Source: Nitrososphaeria archaeon
GTDB taxonomy: Archaea > Thermoproteota > Nitrososphaeria > JACIWG01
Direction: 5' to 3'
Assembly: GCA_050011875.1 (NCBI GenBank)
Contig: JBEKIG010000028.1
Coordinates: forward strand, 1-15,659
DNA length: 15,659 nucleotides
Positions 6,484-15,659 of this stretch are shown here, piece by piece (position 1 is the first letter of the stretch; every line of letters begins with the position of its first letter). The translations under genes and the position numbers were made by a program. The notes beneath the pieces are model-generated. The model saw nothing but the letters and a program-made list of their open reading frames with translations. It searched no databases and had not been told where the DNA came from.

Positions 6484-8787
6484 GTGGCTTTTGACAGATT
6501 TTTAATCGCTCCGTTCTCTGAAGGTCTCAGGACGGATCTTGAACCTTGGCAGATTCCAGAGGAAAGTTTCGCTGAGCTTTATAATGCCTATGTATGGCGA
6601 GGCAGAGTGCGTAAACGCTTTGGGGGTCGATTGATGGGTACCGGTTCTACGGGAGCACTTACTGCGCCTTTGTTGTCCCGTTTTAGAATTAATCTTGGAA
6701 CAACTCCTATAGCGGCACCCATTGCATTGCCCGGTAATACATTTAATCCAGGGCAACAAGTATCTGTTGGCGACAATATATTTACAGTTATTACTGTAAC
6801 TGCTGGTGCAAATGCCATGCTTTCTACTAATGCTGCCGCAACTGGAACAATAACTATTACAGCGGGCCCTCCTATAACAGCTACATTTACCGCGACAATT
6901 CCAGGAATACCAGCAGGCACAGCTATTTTCTTCTATCCAGGTCTACCTGTTATGGGATTGACTAACTATGCTACAGGGCCAGTAAATGATCATCCATCGA
7001 TAGGATTTGACACTCGATTCGTGTATCAATTTACCAATGGCTGGGACCGTCTTGGCGTGGCGCAGAATGTTATATTCCATGGGCAAGATTATGATTTCTT
7101 TTGGACATGCAATTGGACTGGCATTGATGATGCTGCAGTAGTTCTATTTGTGACGAACTATAATGCAACAGTCTCTGGAAATCCAGCAGCAACCGATGAT
7201 CCAATGTGGTATTATAATGCAGTAGCTGCTGTGCCGTGGGTTCAATTCGCGCCGCAAGTTATTGTAGCCAATGGAGCAATTTTACAGCAGAATATAGTTT
7301 CAGCTCAGATAATATTGCCCTTTAAAGATCGCCTAGTGCTGCTTAATACTATTGAACAGACAACTACGGGTGGAGGATCTCCGACGCTCGTAAATACTCA
7401 ATATAAAGCACGCTGCAGATATTCACACAACGGTAGCCCATTAGATTCAAATGCCTTTATCCAGGTCAACAATACTGGCTTTGACGGCGGTGGTTATATT
7501 GATGCAGCTACCGATGAGGCAATAGTATCGGCAGAATATATTAAAGATCGCTTAATCGTTTATTTCGAACGTAGTACATGGGAACTAGCCTATACGGGCA
7601 ACCAAGTATTACCTTTCTTATGGCAACAAATCAATACAGAGCTGGGTGCAGAATCAGTATTTGCCACAGTACCTTTCGATAAAGCAGTACTCGGTATAGG
7701 CAATACGGGTGTGCATGCCTGCTCAGGCGCAAATGTTGAACGTATAGATACCAAGATTCCTGACCAGATATTCCAGATTGCCAACAAGTCAGAAGGGGTT
7801 CAGCGAGTTGTAGGTATCCGTGATTACTATGTAGAGATGGTCTATTGGACCTTCCCTAATTCTGCAGAATCTGCAACATTTAAATACCCTAATCAAGTGC
7901 TTATTTACAACTATAAGACTAATTCTTGGGCCTTTAATGACGATTGTATAACCATGTTCGGCTATTATGAGCAGCAACTAGGTACAACATGGTCTTCATT
8001 AACGATGCCTTGGAGCGACAACAATTCAACGTGGGGTTCAGGAGTCCAACAATCAGAATTTAGACAAGTAATCGCAGGTAATCAACAGGGCTATGTATTT
8101 ATTGTAGATCCTGATACGCCTAATAATGCTCCGGTAATGTCTATAACAAACATTGTAGCTACTGGTACTAACAATATATTAACACTTACCGTTATAGATC
8201 ATACTCTGCAAACACAAGTAGATAATAATGGCGATTATATTTATATAACTAATTGCCAGGGAGTAACAGGTATCAACGATAATATATATCCGGTGCAAGC
8301 CGTAGTTGATTCTAATACTATTCAGATTGCAGTTCCTGGTTATGCAAGTACATATTCAGGCGGTGGCAGTATAACGCGAGTCTCTATGATCGATATACTT
8401 ACAAAACAGTTCAATCCATATATGGATCAAGGACGTGATGTTTATATAGCTAAAATAGATTTTGGTGTTTTAGCAACAAGTTCAGGAGAACTTACAGTCG
8501 ATTATTCTCCTTCTGCTACGCCATTGTCTATGGTAAAAGATGGTGCCACTACTGGCACACTCATGGGTACAAGCGTATTGCAAACATATGCATATCCTGA
8601 TGTGCCTATAGAATATACATCTACTAGACTTTGGCACCCATTGTATTTCCAAGTTGATGGTGAATGTATACAATTCGAGATATATCTATCTCAAGCGCAG
8701 ATAACTAACACATTAATAGCGTTCCAAGATTTCTGGCTAGAAGGAATGGTTTTGCATTGTATGCCTGTTAGATCGAGACTATCATAA
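6484..8787 (+). CDS. Putative tail nozzle / DNA stabilisation protein (P22 gp10 / T7 gp12 analogue)
   Basis: 767 aa, SD AAGGAG with GTG start. Beta-propeller-like repeats (FKDRLVLL / IKDRLIVYF / VLIYNYKTNSW). Follows the adaptor gene. Confidence 0.65.
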   Translation: MAFDRFLIAPFSEGLRTDLEPWQIPEESFAELYNAYVWRGRVRKRFGGRLMGTGSTGALTAPLLSRFRINLGTTPIAAPIALPGNTFNPGQQVSVGDNIFTVITVTAGANAMLSTNAAATGTITITAGPPITATFTATIPGIPAGTAIFFYPGLPVMGLTNYATGPVNDHPSIGFDTRFVYQFTNGWDRLGVAQNVIFHGQDYDFFWTCNWTGIDDAAVVLFVTNYNATVSGNPAATDDPMWYYNAVAAVPWVQFAPQVIVANGAILQQNIVSAQIILPFKDRLVLLNTIEQTTTGGGSPTLVNTQYKARCRYSHNGSPLDSNAFIQVNNTGFDGGGYIDAATDEAIVSAEYIKDRLIVYFERSTWELAYTGNQVLPFLWQQINTELGAESVFATVPFDKAVLGIGNTGVHACSGANVERIDTKIPDQIFQIANKSEGVQRVVGIRDYYVEMVYWTFPNSAESATFKYPNQVLIYNYKTNSWAFNDDCITMFGYYEQQLGTTWSSLTMPWSDNNSTWGSGVQQSEFRQVIAGNQQGYVFIVDPDTPNNAPVMSITNIVATGTNNILTLTVIDHTLQTQVDNNGDYIYITNCQGVTGINDNIYPVQAVVDSNTIQIAVPGYASTYSGGGSITRVSMIDILTKQFNPYMDQGRDVYIAKIDFGVLATSSGELTVDYSPSATPLSMVKDGATTGTLMGTSVLQTYAYPDVPIEYTSTRLWHPLYFQVDGECIQFEIYLSQAQITNTLIAFQDFWLEGMVLHCMPVRSRLS

Positions 8788-8809
8788 ACGTTTAACCTGA
8801 AGGGAATTC

Positions 8810-9355
8810 ATGGCCAATCCGACACAATATGGCGCATATATACCAACGACGAATGTTTGGGATACAGAATCTGAACATGTAAAGTCTATGGATGTTACTA
8901 AGCCAGAGTTCAAAGAACTACTTGTACGGCTCTTTCAGGATCTGAATCGCATGTCATTATCGGTGAATGTTCGTGATGCCGGGATATATGATACAAGTCA
9001 GTTCGTTAATGGACAGGTATACTTTCCGAATCCTACGAGCGGTACATCTGCTACGCAATCATCTAACTTTCGCCAAGTATATCGTACCGTTGTTAATATG
9101 GGTGCGTTAAAAAATACTGGAACTACAACAGCGGCCCATAATATAACCTGCGATGCGAATACTACTTTTACCAGAATATATGGAGTAGCTACAGATCCAG
9201 TAGGGCTGACATATATACCATTGCCTTACATTGATGTTAGCGGAGCGTTTAATATTCAGTTGTATGTAAATAGTACCAGTGTAAATATAGTAACAGCGAG
9301 CAATCGTAGTAACTTTACGATATGTTATGTTGTTTTAGAATATTTACTTTATTAA
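8810..9355 (+). CDS. Hypothetical virion protein
   Basis: 181-aa ORF with SD AAGGGA, tightly packed in the operon. Confidence 0.7.
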   Translation: MANPTQYGAYIPTTNVWDTESEHVKSMDVTKPEFKELLVRLFQDLNRMSLSVNVRDAGIYDTSQFVNGQVYFPNPTSGTSATQSSNFRQVYRTVVNMGALKNTGTTTAAHNITCDANTTFTRIYGVATDPVGLTYIPLPYIDVSGAFNIQLYVNSTSVNIVTASNRSNFTICYVVLEYLLY

Positions 9356-9364
9356 GGAATTAAG

Positions 9365-9943
9365 ATGCCAAGTGTAAATCAACTCATGAATCCCATGTAC
9401 CAAAAGATCCAACAACAAGGAAATGCATGGACAGGATATAGTCCACAATTGATGACAACATCACCATATAACAAACAACAAATGAGTAATTTTGGCCAAG
9501 AAGGACAAATGGGCATGAAGGGTCTTCAGACTGGACAGATGCCAGGCGGTGTAAGTTTCGAACCATTAATGCAGAAAGCTATGACGCAGTTCAATACTCA
9601 AACAGTTCCTTCTCTTGCAGAACGCTTCACATCACTTGGCGGGCAAGGAGGGCAACGTTCTTCGGCTTTCCAAGGAGCCTTAGGACAAGCAGGTGCGGGC
9701 CTACAAGAGAATCTTGCTGCTATGGGTTCACAATACAATATGCAAATGCTCCCCATGCTGATGCAATTGCTTCAAATGGGTCAAACGCCGATGTATGAAC
9801 AGCAATATATGCCAGGTCAAGAAGGATTTCTTTCTAAAGCTGGTACAGGATTTATGGAAGGGCTAGGTTCTGCTACACCTGCTGCCGCTACTGGTGGAAT
9901 GGGTCCATTAATTTCATGGTTAAAAGGTCTTTTCGCACATTAA
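9365..9943 (+). CDS. Putative DNA ejection/pilot protein
   Basis: Gln/Gly/Met-rich low-complexity helical protein after the tail genes; SD AAGGA. Confidence 0.55.
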   Translation: MPSVNQLMNPMYQKIQQQGNAWTGYSPQLMTTSPYNKQQMSNFGQEGQMGMKGLQTGQMPGGVSFEPLMQKAMTQFNTQTVPSLAERFTSLGGQGGQRSSAFQGALGQAGAGLQENLAAMGSQYNMQMLPMLMQLLQMGQTPMYEQQYMPGQEGFLSKAGTGFMEGLGSATPAAATGGMGPLISWLKGLFAH

Positions 9944-9952
9944 GGAGATAGA

Positions 9953-11098
9953 ATGCCTTTACAAATATTGCCTCGTGAAACAAATTGGGGCGAATCATTA
10001 GGCGGAGGCCTTGGAAGAGGTCTGTCAAGCGGCATGCAAGCACTCGCAAATATGAAGATGCAGGAATATGCACAAAGACAACAAGCTGCAAAAAACGAAG
10101 CATTCTTTAATACATTGCCTGGCATGACACCAGAAAAAGCTAAGGCGTGGTCGGATGCGCCACTTGGCTTGCAACAAACTGGTTTAAAAGAGCTGATGAA
10201 TGCACCGCGCAAAGAAGCATTTTCTACAGGATTGGGATTAATTAACAAATTAGGACAACCAGGTCAAGCATCTGATATTGATCAGCAACAACTGCAAGAA
10301 GCATTATCTAAAATGAATGCTGAAGATCAATATAAAACCATGCAACTAATCAATCAGCAAGAAGCAAATAAAATAAATGCAGCGGAAAAATTAGAAAAAT
10401 CCCAACGCGCTAATAAAGAACTGGAACTTCAGGAATCAAATAAGATTACTCCATTCATAAAAACTGAACAGACTACCTCTAGTATAATTGGAGATGTAGG
10501 CAAAGATGCAAGAAGAATAAAACAAATTCTAATGAGACATAAAAAGGATTGGCCTAATTGGATTTCTGGGCTAATTCAGGGAGCAGCCGGTGGTAAGTTA
10601 ACATTTAATCCAGAAATGAGAGAGTTTTATAAACTTACTTCTGCTCTGCCTGTTAAATTAGGAAATGCCTTAAAAGGACAGCCTACTAATATGAAAATCA
10701 AATTGGTAGCAGAAGGCAAGCCGGATATATCATCTCCTTGGCAGACTAATATGGATTTAGTTCAAACCCTTATAGATGCCGATGAAGAAAATAAAAAAAG
10801 AACTCTTTTTAGAATTAAACAAAAAAAGAATGACAAATATCCTGTAGATATAGATCAAAGAATGGCAGATTATGACGCTGCCGTTAATTCTCCTGAAGAA
10901 TATCCAGAATTCTTCGAAAAATATCCTCGATTTAAGCCTAAAAATATGGCGCAACCTTCTGCACCAAAAGCAGCACCTGAAGTTAAGGTTGGTGCTAAAT
11001 TAGATAAATTGCCGGCGGCAAGTGAATATCCTGGCATGGAAGGCATGTGGAACGGCAAGAAAGTAAAGTCTGATGGTAAATCTTGGAGGGCAGTATAA
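9953..11098 (+). CDS. Putative ejection (internal virion) protein
   Basis: SD AAGGAG. Gly-rich N-terminus 'WGESLGGGLGRGLSSG' followed by Gln/Lys-rich helices. Confidence 0.55.
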   Translation: MPLQILPRETNWGESLGGGLGRGLSSGMQALANMKMQEYAQRQQAAKNEAFFNTLPGMTPEKAKAWSDAPLGLQQTGLKELMNAPRKEAFSTGLGLINKLGQPGQASDIDQQQLQEALSKMNAEDQYKTMQLINQQEANKINAAEKLEKSQRANKELELQESNKITPFIKTEQTTSSIIGDVGKDARRIKQILMRHKKDWPNWISGLIQGAAGGKLTFNPEMREFYKLTSALPVKLGNALKGQPTNMKIKLVAEGKPDISSPWQTNMDLVQTLIDADEENKKRTLFRIKQKKNDKYPVDIDQRMADYDAAVNSPEEYPEFFEKYPRFKPKNMAQPSAPKAAPEVKVGAKLDKLPAASEYPGMEGMWNGKKVKSDGKSWRAV

Positions 11099-11100
11099 CT

Positions 11101-13155
11101 ATGCCTTTTGAAGTAACTAAACTCGGCGAACAACCAAGTGGCCGCTTTGAAGTAACCAAATTTGGAGAAGGCACAGCTCCTATGCAACAAGCGCAACCCG
11201 AAGAACCTGAAGGATGGGGCGGATATTTAGGCAGGAACTTGGGCGCAAAATTGCCTACTTATGGGTATGAAGCTGTTCGAACTGGATTGGGTGCTGGCAA
11301 TATAGCTCAGCCATTAGCACGTGCAATGCTGCCTAATAGAGGCATTGTACAATTCAATGCAGAAGAGTTACGGAAAAATCCTTTATTTAGAAATACGCAA
11401 CCTAACGAACAAGTTGATCTTACTCGTTTGTTGCCGTTTGTAGGGGGAGGAACTGCGCGGCAAGAAACAGCTTCAGTATTACCCAAAGTAATGACAGAAC
11501 AAAGACCTGAAGATTGGTGGCCTGAATTTCTCATGAGCAAAGCAATTCCTTTGGCCTTGAATTTTCCGAAATCTTTGCCAGATGTTTTGCAGACTTTAGC
11601 TATGTATGGTGGAGGTAATTTAGCATCAAATATTATGGGTTCAGTTGCGCCATCAATCACTAAGAACGAAGATCTGCAAGAATTCTTAGAACAGGCTGCG
11701 GGTCTTGCTGGAGGACATTATACAGGCAAAGGAGTACGCGCATTAATGGAAGGTGCGACAGGAAGATTAGCGCCACGAGTAGAAGCGCATGAAAATGAAT
11801 TGTTGAATAAGGAGATCGCAAAAGCTGAAGAACAATATCAAGCTCAGAAAACTGCTTACGAACAAAAAGAGCAGCAACGAGTTGAACAAGAAAAAGGTGC
11901 TACGGCTAAAATATACGCTCCAGCTCTAGAAGAGGCGCGTGCGCAAGAAGCAAAGATAATTAGTCAGTTGCCAAAAGAAAAAGATGCATTCGAACAAGGC
12001 AAGAGGGACCGTATAATCGCGGTAAATAAAGAAAAATATGCCTTTGAGCAAGAAAAGAAAAATCGTGTGTTAGAAACTCAGAAGGAAATAGCAGCATACG
12101 AAGACAATATAAAATCGTTATCCCAAAGACAAAATGAAGCTTATAAAGCTTCCGAACTAGTTAGAAATGGAGATTTGACAGGAGATGCTGAGCCAGTCAT
12201 GGATGCAGCAAATAGAGCTGCCAGAATAAGCGGTTTGAGTGCGAGCGATGAGGCAGCTGTACGTAAAGCTACCGAGCAAGTTGAGGGCGCAATAACTGAC
12301 GATACTATGACACTTGAAAAGGCTATAGAATTACAAAAGAATTTTAATGGACAGTTATATCCAAAGCCAGCTGCAAGAAATGAAGCCCCGACAGAAGTTA
12401 GTAAGAATTTTAAACGTGCTATGGCTCCTATAATTGATGCGCTTGGCAAATTTATTGAAACGACGGGCGGACAAGAACATTTTAAACCTTGGTCTGAAGG
12501 CGAAGAATTAACAAGAACAATCTCTGATTTAAGTAAAAACAAAAAGAAATTTGTTAAATCCAAGACAGATATAATCAAGAGTATAAATGCAGAAAAATTT
12601 CCTGCTTCAGATATGATCAAGAGCATAAATGCAGAAAAATTTCCCCTAGAAAGGCAGAATGCTCTCGAATCGCAAGCGCTGCAAGTAAAGCATCAACGTT
12701 CACAACTGGAAAAAGAATATAACATTGCTATGAAACAAATAGGTCCAGTGACATGGGAAAAATTAATGCGCGATGAGCGTAGTCAGCAAAAGTTAGAACA
12801 AAATTTCATTGATGCGGCGACTGAATCATTTGAAAAAACTGAACGTCCTGCAGGCACACTCGATACTTCAATAAAAGTAGGTCTTGGAGCCGTTGGTGCT
12901 GTATTAGGATATTTAAAGTTAGGACTACTAGGAAGTGGCCTTGGAACGTTAGGGGGCTTTATTGGCAAAACAGCCTATAACCAAATCGGTTATGCCCGCA
13001 AGGTATTCAAGAAATATCCAAGTGTTAAAAATGAAACATATAAACTTATCAAAGATGCTACGCGTTTGACTCCCGAAAGATTAGCTTTGCGCATGTCGAG
13101 CCTCGGACATAAAGTAGAAGCAATTTATGATAAAATAGAAGATCAGGAAGATTAA
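11101..13155 (+). CDS. Putative large ejection protein, coiled-coil with C-terminal hydrophobic Gly-rich segment
   Basis: SD GGAGG 11085-11089 favours ATG 11101. Long E/K/Q coiled coil; 'VGLGAVGAVLGYLKLGLLGSGLGTLGGFIG'. Confidence 0.6.
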   Translation: MPFEVTKLGEQPSGRFEVTKFGEGTAPMQQAQPEEPEGWGGYLGRNLGAKLPTYGYEAVRTGLGAGNIAQPLARAMLPNRGIVQFNAEELRKNPLFRNTQPNEQVDLTRLLPFVGGGTARQETASVLPKVMTEQRPEDWWPEFLMSKAIPLALNFPKSLPDVLQTLAMYGGGNLASNIMGSVAPSITKNEDLQEFLEQAAGLAGGHYTGKGVRALMEGATGRLAPRVEAHENELLNKEIAKAEEQYQAQKTAYEQKEQQRVEQEKGATAKIYAPALEEARAQEAKIISQLPKEKDAFEQGKRDRIIAVNKEKYAFEQEKKNRVLETQKEIAAYEDNIKSLSQRQNEAYKASELVRNGDLTGDAEPVMDAANRAARISGLSASDEAAVRKATEQVEGAITDDTMTLEKAIELQKNFNGQLYPKPAARNEAPTEVSKNFKRAMAPIIDALGKFIETTGGQEHFKPWSEGEELTRTISDLSKNKKKFVKSKTDIIKSINAEKFPASDMIKSINAEKFPLERQNALESQALQVKHQRSQLEKEYNIAMKQIGPVTWEKLMRDERSQQKLEQNFIDAATESFEKTERPAGTLDTSIKVGLGAVGAVLGYLKLGLLGSGLGTLGGFIGKTAYNQIGYARKVFKKYPSVKNETYKLIKDATRLTPERLALRMSSLGHKVEAIYDKIEDQED
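12566..12644 (+). repeat. In-frame tandem duplication, 42-nt period
   Basis: CAGATATAATCAAGAGTATAAATGCAGAAAAATTTCC / CAGATATGATCAAGAGCATAAATGCAGAAAAATTTCC, encoding DIIKSINAEKFP and DMIKSINAEKFP. Confidence 0.9.
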
Positions 13156-13238
13156 AAATTTCCTCGGCAGCATTCGATAAAAAGTATTAATAATCCAGCG
13201 ATAATTCCAGCAGCTATCGCTTCACTTAATGGATACAT
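13152..13238 (-). CDS. Small single-pass membrane peptide (28 aa), not in the ORF track
   Basis: MYPLSEAIAAGIIAGLLILFIECCRGNF*. SD AAGGA directly after the stop of 13248..13475. Its stop overlaps the convergent gene's stop (TTAA). Confidence 0.55.
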   Translation of the reverse strand: MYPLSEAIAAGIIAGLLILFIECCRGNF

Positions 13239-13247
13239 ATTGTCCTT

Positions 13248-13475
13248 TTAAGCGTTATTGTTATCTTCGTCTTCAAAACGCTTCTCCTGTGCAATACGCT
13301 GTACAATAGCCTGTGATATCCATCGCGCCATGGTGACATTTCTTGCAGCAGCGCGCACCTTCACTTCAGTATGTAGATTCTTGTTTATCCATATTGAGAA
13401 TTGACAGTCTGCTGTCTTTTTTATTTCCATCCACTTTTTTCTTTTTAATATCGTACTTTCTTTTAGTTTAGCCAT
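13248..13475 (-). CDS. Ribbon-helix-helix (Arc/HicB-like) DNA-binding protein
   Basis: 'QFSIWINKNLHTEVKVRAAARNVTMARWISQAI' fits the RHH beta-alpha-alpha pattern. Confidence 0.75.
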   Translation of the reverse strand: MAKLKESTILKRKKWMEIKKTADCQFSIWINKNLHTEVKVRAAARNVTMARWISQAIVQRIAQEKRFEDEDNNNA

Positions 13476-13481
13476 AATCTA

Positions 13482-13510
13482 AGTATATATACTATAATTA
13501 TAGATGTAAA
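13482..13510 (-). promoter_or_regulatory. Sigma70-like promoter giving a leaderless mRNA, with overlapping palindromes
   Basis: Minus strand reads TTTACA-17 nt-TATACT-6 nt-ATG. Perfect 12-bp palindromes AGTATATATACT (13482-13493) and CTATAATTATAG (13492-13503). Confidence 0.65.
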
Positions 13511-13589
13511 TAGCTAGTTCCCTTTATTTTAAGTTTCACCGGCTGTTAACTGCGCTTGTAGTCTATTAATCTCATATCATGGAGAAACT

Positions 13590-13793
13590 ATGTCAGTTAA
13601 TCAGCGTCCTCAAGTAGCATATGGGTTGTCACAACCTGATTTTGCTGCAGCACCGCAACCAATTATATCCGTTCGCGTTCCAACAACTAAAGATTTTGCC
13701 CAAATAGGCACTATCTGGATTGATACTGTAACAAATGCAGCCTATATATTGACTTCCGTAACAGACAATTCAGCTAACTGGTTAAACATTTAA
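13590..13793 (+). CDS. Small protein paralogous to the N-terminal domain of the next gene
   Basis: SD GGAG. MSVNQRPQVAYGLSQP...IGTIWIDT aligns with MSTNQRPKTAYGLSQP...IGTIWVNT. Confidence 0.75.
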   Translation: MSVNQRPQVAYGLSQPDFAAAPQPIISVRVPTTKDFAQIGTIWIDTVTNAAYILTSVTDNSANWLNI

Positions 13794-13802
13794 GGATCTG
13801 GC

Positions 13803-14513
13803 ATGTCAACCAATCAACGCCCCAAAACAGCCTATGGTCTATCACAGCCGAACTTTGCTACAAGCCCGATGCCTATTGTCACCACAAGAGCGCCTCTATC
13901 TTCTGATATGTCAGAGATTGGTACAATCTGGGTTAATACTGCAACCAACAATATCTGGGCATTAACATCAGTAGTTAACAATATTGCCTCATGGCAGCCT
14001 CTTGGCATTGTCGATTATGGAACAGCTACTAATGGCGAACTTCTTATTGGCGCTACTGGATCTATTCCTGCATGGGCATCATTGACCTCGACTGATGGAT
14101 CGATAACATATACTGTAGGAGCGCATTCGCTCGATCTTAAGGCTAATGCAAGTGCCGGTCCTTCATGGACAGTCGTAACGGGCAATACAGGAACATTGGC
14201 AGCCAATAATGCCTATCTCATTAATAATGCTACGCCTGCGCATCTAACTACAATGACATTACCCGCTGTTTGCGCCGTAGGGTCAACAATAGAAGTCGCA
14301 GTTTATACTTATGGCGGCGTATATATAGCTCAAAATGCTTCGCAATATATAGTAATGGGTTCCAGCATATCAAAAGCCGGAACCACAGGCTACCTAACTT
14401 CTACTGGATATTATTATGCATCAGTTAAGTTGTTATGTGTTGCAGCCAACACGGTATTCCAGGTGATCAACTCGCAATCAAGATGGAATTTAGGCGTAGA
14501 AGGCGCCAGTTAA
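13803..14513 (+). CDS. Putative fibre/spike-like virion protein
   Basis: SD AAGGA. Thr/Ala/Gly-rich. Shares the 'G..PAWASLTST.G.IT' linker and the C-terminal beta domain with the next two genes. Confidence 0.65.
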   Translation: MSTNQRPKTAYGLSQPNFATSPMPIVTTRAPLSSDMSEIGTIWVNTATNNIWALTSVVNNIASWQPLGIVDYGTATNGELLIGATGSIPAWASLTSTDGSITYTVGAHSLDLKANASAGPSWTVVTGNTGTLAANNAYLINNATPAHLTTMTLPAVCAVGSTIEVAVYTYGGVYIAQNASQYIVMGSSISKAGTTGYLTSTGYYYASVKLLCVAANTVFQVINSQSRWNLGVEGAS

Positions 14514-14537
14514 AATATTATATAATAGGAGAATATT

Positions 14538-15275
14538 ATGCCAGTAATACCTATAGCATGTACGTCGATAGACAATTATACCGAGGCCCTAGAATCTGTA
14601 ACTGCTATAACTGTAGATTCTGGAAATTTGACGCTGACTGCAGGGAATTTAGTACTTAGTGCAGCAACTGGTTCCGATGGTCAGATCCCAATTGCTGCTA
14701 GCGCTGGTTATCAAGCATGGGGGTCGCTTACGAGTACTGGTGGCACGATTACCGTTACACCGGGTCCCAATACATTGAATATTGAAACGACTGTAGTAAC
14801 AGGTACAGTCGTTGAGACGTTGACTGGCAATACTGGTGGGGCCATACCTGCTGATAGTTCTCATAATATCAACATTGTAGGCTCAGGAGCCATCGAAGTA
14901 CAGGGTGCAGGCAATACTCTTACCATTGTTAATACGGCAACAGGCGGCGGACTTATATGGTCAACAGCTACCGGCAACACTGCAATGGCAGTTAATCATG
15001 GTTATGTAAACAATAATGCCTTAGGTCAAACGACATTTACATTGCCATCTACTGCATCAGTCGGGGATACAATCGCCATTCTGGGATACAGTGCAGATGG
15101 CTGGACTATAATTGAAAACACAGGACAGAGTATAATACTTGGCGAACAAACTACTACAGTAACAACTGGCGCTATAACTTCAATATTTGGCTCAGACGGA
15201 CTTTATTTGGTGTGTATTATTCCGAATACGACTTTTTATGTTATACCTTTACAAGGGAATGTAATAGTTTCCTGA
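14538..15275 (+). CDS. Putative fibre/spike-like virion protein (paralogue)
   Basis: SD AGGAG. 'DGQIPIAASAG...WGSLTSTGGTITVTPG.NTLN.E' and C-terminal 'TFTLPSTASVGDTI...LVCIIPNTTFYV'. Confidence 0.65.
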   Translation: MPVIPIACTSIDNYTEALESVTAITVDSGNLTLTAGNLVLSAATGSDGQIPIAASAGYQAWGSLTSTGGTITVTPGPNTLNIETTVVTGTVVETLTGNTGGAIPADSSHNINIVGSGAIEVQGAGNTLTIVNTATGGGLIWSTATGNTAMAVNHGYVNNNALGQTTFTLPSTASVGDTIAILGYSADGWTIIENTGQSIILGEQTTTVTTGAITSIFGSDGLYLVCIIPNTTFYVIPLQGNVIVS

Positions 15276-15285
15276 AGGGATATTT

Positions 15286-15659
15286 ATGGCAACAATAACT
15301 AATTCTCTCAATAATGCGACGAATTTTCTTACATCAACAACTGGTCTTACTGCGACGACTGGTGATATAACAGCAACATTAGGTAATGTCGTACTAACTG
15401 AAGGACAATTAATACTCGGAACTTCATCTGGCACCGATGGTCAAATACCAATTGCTGCTAGTTCAGGAAATCCATCTTGGGCGACACTAACAAGCACTGG
15501 TGGAACTATAACATTCACTCCTGGTGCTAATACATTGAATCTTGAAGCTGCTGGAGGCGGCATAAAATGGTCTGCTGTGACCTCGGATTTAACTGCCTCT
15601 TCTAACACTGGCCTAATAACTGAGAGCGGTTCCAGGCTAGTAGTTACTCTTCCGGCAAC
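15286..15659 (+). CDS. Third fibre-like paralogue, truncated by the window end
   Basis: SD AAGGGA, ATG 15286. MATITNSLNNATN...GTDGQIPIAASSGNPSWATLTSTGGTITFTPGANTLNLE...; open to the end of the window. Confidence 0.7.
   Translation, partial: MATITNSLNNATNFLTSTTGLTATTGDITATLGNVVLTEGQLILGTSSGTDGQIPIAASSGNPSWATLTSTGGTITFTPGANTLNLEAAGGGIKWSAVTSDLTASSNTGLITESGSRLVVTLPA

Noticed and set aside
1118-15434. Many short antisense or alternate-frame ORFs from the track (e.g. 1118-1351, 2541-2816, 2783-3097, 6588-6920, 11307-11660, 12141-12626)
   Set aside because: They overlap well-supported genes or introns, have no evident SD or motifs, and look like shadow ORFs.

Overview
Virion morphogenesis region of a tailed phage or prophage with a podovirus-like gene order, almost all on the + strand. 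The ORF track misses the main feature: the major capsid protein gene (N4 gp56-like, my recognition) runs 255..2991. It is split by four group I introns plus a 5-nt TAATG insert, and removing all five gives a clean 316-aa ORF. Intron 1 encodes a LAGLIDADG endonuclease. Intron 2 has a deviant P7 and a small Cys/His ORF running through its core. Intron 3 holds a promoter/ORF/terminator-like insert and a circularly permuted tRNA-like domain. The TAATG insert obeys group I splice rules (after U, ending in G) and is bulged out of a 10-bp helix formed with an exon-encoded guide next to intron 4, which suggests a ribozyme-less micro-intron excised by a neighbouring ribozyme. The 5' leader has three tandem covarying pseudoknot-like units. 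Downstream are putative head/tail adaptor, nozzle and ejection genes, a minus-strand leaderless RHH-like gene with a small membrane peptide, and a paralogous fibre-like gene array. All structure calls come from manual base-pairing; no database searches were run.
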